64,000 nt of DNA from Granulosicoccus sp. (GTDB taxonomy: Bacteria > Pseudomonadota > Gammaproteobacteria > Granulosicoccales > Granulosicoccaceae). Below, piece by piece: positions 56,501 through 64,000 of the stretch. The notes below the pieces were generated by a model. It searched no databases, was not told where the DNA came from, and saw only the letters and a program-made list of their open reading frames with translations. The stretch lies in the NCBI GenBank assembly GCA_965224525.1, contig OZ245050.1:410021-474020 (forward strand). Reading direction: 5' to 3'. How positions within the stretch are numbered: the stretch's first letter is position 1; every line of letters begins with the position of its first letter. A program made the translations under genes and the position numbers.

Positions 56501-57415
56501 TCAGTTCTTGCACCGTATAAGTGAGATGAGCTGCTCTAATTCGGGTTTGTTGCGATCTACCTTTCGAGTAGCAACCCATAGATCATTGACCATGGGTGCT
56601 TTTGCCTCCCACAAAATGTGCAGCTTTTCTGCACGCAATGATTGCTGGCAGATGTAACGAGGCAGAACACTGATTCCTCGCCCAAGTTCAACCGCCTTGC
56701 GGATTAACAGCAGACTGGAAACGATCATCACCGGATCAATATCTGGCCGTTGCTGGAAGGCGGTATGCCAAAACCTGCGAATGATGGGTAACTCTACTGA
56801 ATAGCTGATCCATCGTTGTTCGAGTAAAAAGCGTTTGATATCATTTTGCTTGCCGGTCTTTTTAAAAAGCTTTGCAGGCAGGATTATTTCCGGTGCTGCA
56901 ACCAGGATAAAATCTTCCTGATCGATTTTTGTATAGTCAATATTTTCCCCGCGTATCTGCTGCGTGGCAATGACGGCATCAAGCCTTCCGCGGGATAGCC
57001 CGTCGATCATTTTATCGGCATCACCCAGTTCTACCTGCAAGCGGAACTGAGAGTGTTTCAGTTTTTCAATGCCGACCTCGTGGAAATAGTCCAGCGGTGT
57101 TCCCAGTCGGATAACAGCCACCTCATCGGTGGAGGTATCGCTCAGGGTTGCTGACACCCTCTCAAGACCGTCCATTGCCGGTGCCATGCGGCTATACAGT
57201 GCTTTTCCGTGTTCCGTTGGAACCATTCTTCTTGGTGTGCGTTGAAATAGCGCATGTCCGACGGCGGACTCAAGCGCTGCAATATGCTGACTGATCGCAG
57301 GTTGGGTGAGAAACCGTACTTTTGCGGCCGCTGTGACTGTTCCGGACAGATACACCGCAATGAAGCTTCGGTACCATTCAAAATCGACCATAATAAAATT
57401 TATACCTATTGACAA
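56501..57415 (-). CDS. LysR-family transcriptional regulator
   Basis: N-terminal HTH ...FIAVYLSGTVTAAAKVRFLTQPAISQHIAALE... and a C-terminal substrate-binding domain. Length 304 aa. Confidence 0.85.
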   Translation of the reverse strand: MSIGINFIMVDFEWYRSFIAVYLSGTVTAAAKVRFLTQPAISQHIAALESAVGHALFQRTPRRMVPTEHGKALYSRMAPAMDGLERVSATLSDTSTDEVAVIRLGTPLDYFHEVGIEKLKHSQFRLQVELGDADKMIDGLSRGRLDAVIATQQIRGENIDYTKIDQEDFILVAAPEIILPAKLFKKTGKQNDIKRFLLEQRWISYSVELPIIRRFWHTAFQQRPDIDPVMIVSSLLLIRKAVELGRGISVLPRYICQQSLRAEKLHILWEAKAPMVNDLWVATRKVDRNKPELEQLISLIRCKN

Positions 57416-57479
57416 TATATATAATTATTATTCTAGTCTGTAACGCCATAGGGTGTCACTTCACACAAAGGAGCACCCT

Positions 57480-58154
57480 ATGCAAACAAGCAGATCAATC
57501 CTTATTGTTGTAACGAGTTTTGGCGAAATTGCGCCTGGAGAGCTGACTGGCCTTTGGCTGGAGGAGTTTGCGGTGCCCTATATTGAATTCAGGCGCGAGG
57601 GCTTTCAGGTCTGCGTGGCCAGTGTGCAAGGTGGCAAAGCGCCTGTAGATCCGCGTAGTAACCCTGCACCCGAAAAAACAAAAGCATGGGCAGAAGCCAT
57701 CAAGTCTTTGCAAAAGACAGTACCTGTTGCCTCAATTGAGCCTGCCGATTTTGCTGCTGTTTTTATACCGGGAGGTCATGGGACGATGTTTGATTTTCCG
57801 GATAGCGTCGACTTGAACAGGGTGCTGAAAGGCTTTGTAGAGCAGGGGAAAGTTATAGCCGCCATGTGCCACGGGCCAGCGAGTCTGGTTGGCGTTATGT
57901 TTGAAGACGGCACTTCGCTGGTGGCTGGCAGAACTGTCACCGGTTTTACAAACGAAGAGGAGTCTGCTGCTGGCCTGGCAGACAAGATGCCATTTCTGCT
58001 TGAGAGCCGGCTTCGTGAGTTGGGAGCGAATTTTGTCGGAAAACCGAACTGGTCTGATCATGTGCAAGTCGATGGCAATCTGATTACGGGACAAAACCCG
58101 CAATCAAGCAAAAGTACCGCTCTGGCGGTTATTGATGCCCTGAACAACAACTGA
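57480..58154 (+). CDS. DJ-1/PfpI (type 1 glutamine amidotransferase-like) family protein
   Basis: Nucleophile-elbow region ...VIAAMCHGPASLV... is typical of DJ-1/PfpI. Confidence 0.75.
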   Translation: MQTSRSILIVVTSFGEIAPGELTGLWLEEFAVPYIEFRREGFQVCVASVQGGKAPVDPRSNPAPEKTKAWAEAIKSLQKTVPVASIEPADFAAVFIPGGHGTMFDFPDSVDLNRVLKGFVEQGKVIAAMCHGPASLVGVMFEDGTSLVAGRTVTGFTNEEESAAGLADKMPFLLESRLRELGANFVGKPNWSDHVQVDGNLITGQNPQSSKSTALAVIDALNNN

Positions 58155-58164
58155 GGAGAACAGC

Positions 58165-58680
58165 ATGGAATATTCAGCAATAATTTTACTGTCCTTGTTT
58201 ACCTTTAACGTCTATGCCGACAGCAAAGCGTTGGACGTGTCTCTGGCTGATCCTGCATGGAATGGCAAGCTGGTTCCGGCGGGGCAGCAATGCGGGAAAT
58301 TCGATGGTAATGGCGCGACTCCATTGTTAACCATTCAGCAAATACCTGAAGGGGCCAATGCTGTCGTCATGGAATACAGTGATCGTAGCTATCAGCCCAT
58401 GGATAACGGTGGGCACGGCAAGATCGGCTATCGCATACAGCCCGATTCAACGACCGCAAATATCCCGTCAGTAGCGGGCCACCAGTTCGATTTACCCGAT
58501 GATTTTTTCCTGATCGAAGCTCACCAGGCACCATCCTGGGATAAAGAAGGTGCTTATTTGCCGCCGTGCTCAGGCGGTAAAGGCAATGACTACTACGTGA
58601 CAGTCAAAGCGGTGAAGGAAGTCGATGGAGCTATAAAGGAAGTGCTGGGGGAGGTTGAAGTGGCGTTGGGTAAGTACTGA
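58165..58680 (+). CDS. Secreted hypothetical protein
   Basis: Signal peptide MEYSAIILLSLFTFNVYA. No motif recognised. Confidence 0.4.
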   Translation: MEYSAIILLSLFTFNVYADSKALDVSLADPAWNGKLVPAGQQCGKFDGNGATPLLTIQQIPEGANAVVMEYSDRSYQPMDNGGHGKIGYRIQPDSTTANIPSVAGHQFDLPDDFFLIEAHQAPSWDKEGAYLPPCSGGKGNDYYVTVKAVKEVDGAIKEVLGEVEVALGKY

Positions 58681-58949
58681 TTAAAAATGTGTGTTGGTAT
58701 TTTGGAGAGCAGCCCCCAGAGGCTACCAACAGGACTTTACAAATATGCGTATTGCCGTTCTTGACCACGGTAGGCACGCAACGAAAGCTATCATCAGGAC
58801 CTGCTGCCTCAGCGGTAGTCGGCAAGAGGAGGGTGGTTGCGGTAATTTACGCGCCATTTAAAATGGCGCAATCATTGAAATGCGCCATAACAATGAAGCA
58901 TGCCCAGGCAAATCGACCCAAGTTCACACGCTCGTTTGTCCTAATCAAG

Positions 58950-58975
58950 ATATTGTTTACACGTGTAAACAATAT
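58950..58975. promoter_or_regulatory. 26-bp perfect palindrome ATATTGTTTACACGTGTAAACAATAT in an intergenic region
   Basis: Verified base by base. It is centred on CACGTG. The nearest genes are 58165-58680 (upstream) and the mobile-mystery pair (downstream). Confidence 0.5.
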
Positions 58976-59228
58976 GCGTTGGACAACGGCACAATAAAGT
59001 CAGTCTACGCGTGTAGATTATTCCGACCGGGCATCAATCGAGCTGAATTACGTTGATTTGCCGACAAGTGTGCTGATTCAGGGGTTAAATGAGGTTGTCA
59101 ACACAATAATATCACTATATAGCTAAACAATAATCTTAAATGGTTTGCATATATATTGACTTACAAGAGTTTATAGTATAGATATAGCTAAACAAATCGT
59201 AACTCTAATGCAAGGTCGAGATCACCCA

Positions 59229-59696
59229 ATGGGCATCAAGGCAGTTGTTTTAAAGCAATATCAGGAAAAGGTGAACCAGGCTTTAAAACAGTTTGGTGGC
59301 ATCGTCAGGCCGAACTCTGAGGGATGGCTTAAAACAGCACGCAAGGCGCTGGGTATGTCTGGCTCGCAAGTGGCAAAACGCCTTGGCGTTACCAAGGGGC
59401 GGGTTTCACAGGCGGAATCAGCCGAACTATCAGGAAGTGCCACGCTCAAGAGTATGGAAAGCATGGCGCAAGCCATGAATTGCCGTTTTGTTTATGCCGT
59501 CATTCCCGAAAAAGAGATCGAAAACGTTATCAGAGATCGCGCTGTTTTAAAGGCAAACGAGCAGATTGCAGTGGCATCCACACAGATGGCTCTTGAAGCG
59601 CAATCGTTGAATGATGAACAACTGGCATTTGAAGTTGATCGCCTTGCCTCTGAGATCATCAAGAAGATGCCTTCCGATTTATGGAATGATGAATGA
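59229..59696 (+). CDS. Mobile mystery protein A (XRE-type HTH)
   Basis: HTH ...GMSGSQVAKRLGVTKGRVSQAE... It is translationally coupled to a Fic/DOC gene, which is the canonical mobile-mystery A/B arrangement. Confidence 0.7.
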   Translation: MGIKAVVLKQYQEKVNQALKQFGGIVRPNSEGWLKTARKALGMSGSQVAKRLGVTKGRVSQAESAELSGSATLKSMESMAQAMNCRFVYAVIPEKEIENVIRDRAVLKANEQIAVASTQMALEAQSLNDEQLAFEVDRLASEIIKKMPSDLWNDE

Positions 59697-60286
59697 GTGA
59701 CAACCTGGGCGAGCCAGATGGAGCAACGCCTCTTGATCCTGATGAGGTGGAAGGGCTTCGCTTTAGGCATGTTACAACCAGAGACGAGCTTGACCAGCTG
59801 GAGCAAGCCAATATCGTTGAAGGATTGCAGTGGCTTAAAAGGCAAAGACACACAGATTTCTTAAGCGAAGGGTTTGTGTGCGATCTGCATAAACGGTTAT
59901 TTGGACAAGTCTGGAGTTGGGCGGGTGCATTCCGCCAAACAGAAAAGAACATCGGTGTTGATTCAGTTCAGATCGCAATTCAATTGCGACAGTTACTGGA
60001 TGATGCACGCTATTGGATAGAACATGAGATCTATCCGGCAAAGGAACTCGCGGCACGCTTTCATCATAAGCTGGTACAGATCCACTTGTTTCCAAATGGG
60101 AATGGTCGCCATGCACGCATAATGGCGGATGCGATACTCACCAGGCTAATGGCTGAACCTGCAATTGATTGGGCTGGAGGCTATAAGTTGGAAAATATGA
60201 ATGAACGCCGTGATCAATATATTGCGGCGCTACGAGCGGCCGACAAACATGATTTTTCCAAACTGCTGGAATTTGTCGATGCGTAG
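59693..60286 (+). CDS. Mobile mystery protein B (Fic/DOC-family AMPylase-like)
   Basis: Fic motif HLFPNGNGRHAR. Length 197 aa. Confidence 0.8.
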   Translation: MSDNLGEPDGATPLDPDEVEGLRFRHVTTRDELDQLEQANIVEGLQWLKRQRHTDFLSEGFVCDLHKRLFGQVWSWAGAFRQTEKNIGVDSVQIAIQLRQLLDDARYWIEHEIYPAKELAARFHHKLVQIHLFPNGNGRHARIMADAILTRLMAEPAIDWAGGYKLENMNERRDQYIAALRAADKHDFSKLLEFVDA

Positions 60287-60667
60287 ATACGACGGGGACC
60301 GTCGGAAGTTCGGAAACTTGTGACTTTCTCAGGTCCGGCCGTACATTTGTCACTCGGATAAAATTGAGTCCGGCGGAATACGCAGAATGTACAGCAGCAA
60401 TATCTATAGAAGAATCATTCGATTAAAACGCAAATTTATACAATCGGATGTCAGTTACTAAGGTAATTATGCATGTATATAGTGTTGTGACTATACAAGC
60501 ATAATTTATCTATACTCCGGCAGCCAGCTGCCTCAGCTGGCCGCGTTGAGCGGAACGAAATATCCTACGCAGAGCGGCTATTCAATTTGCCCTCCATTGG
60601 GCCACTGGACTCTGGTCCAGCGCGCATCGCGCGCAGCTGAGATGCAGGAAGAGCAATAGGTTCGCGC

Positions 60668-63600
60668 TCAAAATTCAATTCGCAGCCCCAGCTTTAACCA
60701 GTGCTGTGAAACGTAGTCATGCAATATGCGTGTCTCGTAAAACAGATACCCGCTCTTGCCGTTCCTGAAAACTGCACTAGTACCAAGGCCCACATTGATG
60801 TATCGCGTATCCCGCGGGTTGCCATTGACGGTAAATGCGGATTGCGTGGGATCGTTCTGAAATGCTGCTTCTATTCCCTCTTTTCTGTCTTCGTATTCAA
60901 ATTCTGATTCAATTCGTACTTGCGGCAGGAATACCCCGCGCCGGGTGTTGATGGTACGTGACAACTGTCCGCCAAGGGCGATGGTCGTCGACTTCACCGC
61001 ATGAGAACTTATATTCAGTACGGAGCCGAAGCCTGCAGTTTCACTGTTGGCTGACTCCGAGTATGCGTCAACATCGGCCACTGTTAGCGACAGTCGACTA
61101 TAGGGTCCAAATTCCCAGGCCCCTGCGTGTAAGTTGCTGCCTACACCAACAGTGAACGACAATACGCTGGCATCGGTGTTGCCTATGGCAAATTGATCGG
61201 GCGCACCGATAAAGTTTATACGCCGTTTGACATCGTATCGGTTACGACCGACGTCAAGCACTGCGTCGAAATACCCTTTGTCGGCTTTGTACCAGGTACC
61301 AAACAGCGTGACGCTGAAAGCACTGAGTTTGGCGGTGCCCTCATCGGGCGTGAAATCTCCTCTTTTGCTGGCAATACCCAAACCTGCGCCAAATACAGCA
61401 TTATCGTTCAGGCGATAGTCAACACCAATGGTCAATCCACTGCTTTGAACGTCAGCATTGCGCTGATTGTCATCTCCATCCACTGTGCCAACGGACACGG
61501 TGCCATTGGCGAACACGCCGAGTCTTGATGCCAGCTGACTGTCAGAGGATGCACCACCGCCACTCATGGTGTTTTGAGCAACCTCAAGCACACTGCCTGG
61601 AATCTGTTGCCCATATAGAATCAGGTTCAACCCGGACAGATCAAGGGCATTGCCGTTGTCACCGGAGCGCCGGCCGCCGGAATGCCGGCCGCCGGAATGC
61701 CGGCCGCCGGAATGCCGGCCACTACGAATGGCGTTGATTCTTGAATACACATTGGTGATCTGCAAGTCCGCTGTGTCAATTATCGAGTCGGCAAAGAAAA
61801 ACAATTCTTCCGGTGCAAGTCGTTCGAGCGCACCAGCCAGCGAGCCATCCTGCAAGCGCGCGTCCAGCGACAGGCATGTGGTACGCAAATCGAGCTGTGC
61901 AGTTGTCAGTGGCTGGTTGTTGTCAAACTGATCGGACAGTGCCTCACAAGCGGTGTCCAATGCACGGCCTGTTTCTGCATGGTTTGCACTCAGTCCGCTG
62001 GCTGCGAAAAATCCGGAACGTATCGTAAACGCAACTTCACCTTGCGCCAGCTCTACCGTGGGTGGATTGATACGTGGCGTCATCGCAGGGCGGGCAGCAC
62101 TGGCCGCACTTGTTACAGAGCCTGGTACCGCAATGACACGCACAAATCCACGCGAGAGAATGCGTATCTGATTACTGGTAAGTCCGTCCGTATCGGTTTC
62201 CGTTCTTTCACCACTGAGTAGCTCGGCAGAGCCTGCAGGCATCACACGCCAGATCACAGAGACACCTTCCACTTGCGTGTCGCTGTTCAGCGTAGCTGAG
62301 GCTTCTATGACTAGTGGATCAAGCGTATCACCCGGCAAACCGCTTTGTCCGTTACCGGAAACTATAGATAAACGGTAGGGCAGGGCATCCTCAGCGGGTT
62401 GTTCAGGAGCAGAGCTGTCACCAATCTGTACCTGCATTTGAGCCTGCTGTATTTGCTCATTGCCAAGCGGTGTTGCATTTGACAAGCGAATGACGAACGT
62501 TTCAGTTTCTTCAATCAAATCATCCGAGTGAATAAGAACGGTAATTGAACGGCTACCACTTTCGCCATCAGCCCAGGTAACAACCCCGGAACTGGCGGTA
62601 AAATCCTCGCCCGCCGTTGCCGTTTCACCGCTAACAACGTAGTCGACTGTCACCGGTCCGTCATCACCACCCAAACGTTCAATGTCAAAAATCACCTGGC
62701 CCTGCAATTCCGTTGCGCGCACCGTAGCGAGCGAAAATCCAACCTGACCCACATTGGTGCTGTCGTTTATTGTGATGTCAGCTACGGCAGCACCCACTTC
62801 CAGTGCGGCGTTCGCTGATGACACCGGGTTGAGTAATACCACTTCAAAGGCTTCTTCTGTCTCCAGATCCACATCGCCAAGTATGTCGATACTGAATGAC
62901 TTTGAATCACTATCGCTATCTGCCCAATTCAGGGTACCGCTGGCCTGCGTGAAATCCGCACCGGCCAAAGCCGAGCCGCTGACCGTTTCATACTGTATGG
63001 ATACGGCGCCCTCAGACTCGCCGATACGTTGTACACTTAGCACCACGTTTGCGTCATCCTCGGTGACAACAAAAGATGTGTTTGCAAACTGCAGAGTGCC
63101 TGCATCGAGCTGCACCGGCACGACAACCGGATGGTCGACATTGCGGATAGTGACAGTCGTGCGCGAAGGTGACCCCAGTTGTTGACCACCCAGTGGTTTG
63201 GCGTCGCTGAGTATCACCGAAAATTGTTCATTCGGCTCTGAATCGGTGTCATGGACAATCGGGATGCTCAAGTTTTTCGGGTTGCTATCGCCATCATCCC
63301 AGCGCAGCACACCCGTAGAACTCACGAAGTCTTCTGCTGCGCTGGCCGTACCTGCCTCGGTGGTGTAAACGACACTAACTTCACCATCGGTACCGCCACG
63401 GCGCAGAACCGAAAGGCTGATCGTGCCACTGTCCTCATCAACTGCAACGCTACTGTCGGCAAACTGCAACAGGCCAAACTGCCCGTTAACGATATTGCTG
63501 ATTGTTACTGTTAACTGTGCGGGACTACCGATAACTTCATTACCGGGGGTCGCATTAGACAACACGATAGTAAACGTCTCGGCAACCTCCACATCAGTAT

Positions 63601-64000
63601 CGAATTTGATGGGAATGGATAAAATTCTACTGCTGACATCGCCAGAGGCCCAGCTAAGTCTTGTCGAAACTGGCTCGAAGTCTTCGCCTTCAGCTGCAGA
63701 GCCCGCACGTGTGTTCACATCCACACTGACAGCTCCATCACGACCACCGGTTCGCGTTATGTTAACCGTCAAGCTGCCTGCGTTTTCATTCACAGAGAGA
63801 TCGCTTTGTGTAAACTGAATGGTACCCGGAACTGCCTGAACATCGTCATTGATGATGGTCACAGTGACCGCAACGGGTGTGCCCAGCGATACACCGTCTG
63901 CACCACTCAATGTCACAATGAATGTTTCATCGGCTTCGACCACGTCATCGACGACCAGCGGTATACGAATGGTCTTGTTCGTCGATTGATCATTCGCGCT
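60668..64000 (-). CDS. Large Calx-beta-repeat adhesin with a C-terminal autotransporter beta-barrel. The 5' end lies beyond the window.
   Basis: Multiple Calx-beta repeats (...EGEDFEPVSTRLSWASGD...). The C-terminal beta-domain ends ...LKLGLRIEF. The ORF is open to the window edge. Confidence 0.75.
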   Translation of the reverse strand, partial: SANDQSTNKTIRIPLVVDDVVEADETFIVTLSGADGVSLGTPVAVTVTIINDDVQAVPGTIQFTQSDLSVNENAGSLTVNITRTGGRDGAVSVDVNTRAGSAAEGEDFEPVSTRLSWASGDVSSRILSIPIKFDTDVEVAETFTIVLSNATPGNEVIGSPAQLTVTISNIVNGQFGLLQFADSSVAVDEDSGTISLSVLRRGGTDGEVSVVYTTEAGTASAAEDFVSSTGVLRWDDGDSNPKNLSIPIVHDTDSEPNEQFSVILSDAKPLGGQQLGSPSRTTVTIRNVDHPVVVPVQLDAGTLQFANTSFVVTEDDANVVLSVQRIGESEGAVSIQYETVSGSALAGADFTQASGTLNWADSDSDSKSFSIDILGDVDLETEEAFEVVLLNPVSSANAALEVGAAVADITINDSTNVGQVGFSLATVRATELQGQVIFDIERLGGDDGPVTVDYVVSGETATAGEDFTASSGVVTWADGESGSRSITVLIHSDDLIEETETFVIRLSNATPLGNEQIQQAQMQVQIGDSSAPEQPAEDALPYRLSIVSGNGQSGLPGDTLDPLVIEASATLNSDTQVEGVSVIWRVMPAGSAELLSGERTETDTDGLTSNQIRILSRGFVRVIAVPGSVTSAASAARPAMTPRINPPTVELAQGEVAFTIRSGFFAASGLSANHAETGRALDTACEALSDQFDNNQPLTTAQLDLRTTCLSLDARLQDGSLAGALERLAPEELFFFADSIIDTADLQITNVYSRINAIRSGRHSGGRHSGGRHSGGRRSGDNGNALDLSGLNLILYGQQIPGSVLEVAQNTMSGGGASSDSQLASRLGVFANGTVSVGTVDGDDNQRNADVQSSGLTIGVDYRLNDNAVFGAGLGIASKRGDFTPDEGTAKLSAFSVTLFGTWYKADKGYFDAVLDVGRNRYDVKRRINFIGAPDQFAIGNTDASVLSFTVGVGSNLHAGAWEFGPYSRLSLTVADVDAYSESANSETAGFGSVLNISSHAVKSTTIALGGQLSRTINTRRGVFLPQVRIESEFEYEDRKEGIEAAFQNDPTQSAFTVNGNPRDTRYINVGLGTSAVFRNGKSGYLFYETRILHDYVSQHWLKLGLRIEF
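61661..61720. repeat. Four tandem copies of a 15-bp unit (gccggaatgccggcc; the first copy is imperfect) inside the autotransporter gene. They encode (GGRHS)n.
   Basis: Read directly from the sequence. The unit length is divisible by 3, so the repeat stays in frame. Confidence 0.8.

Noticed and set aside
60480-60560. Hairpin GCCAGCTG-CCTC-CAGCTGGC after the autotransporter stop as a terminator
   Set aside because: No adjacent U-tract lies on the relevant (minus) strand, so it cannot be called a rho-independent terminator with confidence.
1-64000. CRISPR arrays, reverse transcriptases/retrons, CBASS cyclases, TIR/SIR2 effectors
   Set aside because: No regularly spaced direct repeats, and no RT, CD-NTase, TIR or SIR2 motifs were seen in any of the ORFs.

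Overview
The window looks like accessory sequence from a gammaproteobacterial chromosome (about 50% GC; gene content resembles marine Cellvibrionaceae). Coordinates 1-18.8 kb form a dense toxin-antitoxin (TA) and defense island in visible decay. It holds two paralogous RES-Xre modules, two VapBC pairs, a BrnTA cassette, an RHH antitoxin with a PIN-toxin remnant, and an MNT-like nucleotidyltransferase with a small Rx4H protein. It also holds orphan AbiEi-like, Fic and GNAT fragments, a Uma2 endonuclease, a SWIM-SNF2 ATPase followed by a NERD/SF1-helicase protein, and a large frameshifted RecB-like-nuclease/Upf1-like-helicase gene. The BrnTA cassette is inserted exactly at that gene's start and is flanked by 24-25 bp direct repeats. 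A helicase gene remnant and a DUF3883 protein follow. The middle of the window (18.8-33 kb) carries metabolic and envelope genes: a nucleoside hydrolase, a multi-CxxCH secreted protein, a B12 radical-SAM enzyme, an M19 dipeptidase, a giant M50 protease and an SPFH protein. A tRNA-Gln, degenerate tRNA-like scars and an AT-rich islet then carry a small HAD phosphoesterase and a second SWIM-SNF2 ATPase. Downstream lie a Csu/SCPU-type chaperone-usher pilus cluster, an OmpA-like protein, a bacterial voltage-gated Na+ channel, housekeeping genes (uppP, a DMT transporter) and an Lrp-linked operon encoding an unusual peptide-deformylase/PLP-dehydratase fusion. The window ends with MarR and LysR regulators, DJ-1/PfpI, a mobile-mystery-protein A/B (Fic) pair and a Calx-beta autotransporter containing an in-frame 15-bp tandem repeat. 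The best candidates for an undescribed system are the two modules in which a small nuclease or phosphoesterase precedes a SWIM-SNF2 ATPase (3903-9392 with a NERD-helicase partner; 33935-37811). The nuclease-helicase/NTase/DUF3883 stretch at 11.1-16.6 kb is a third candidate. All functional calls rest on motifs read by eye and need HMM or BLAST confirmation.
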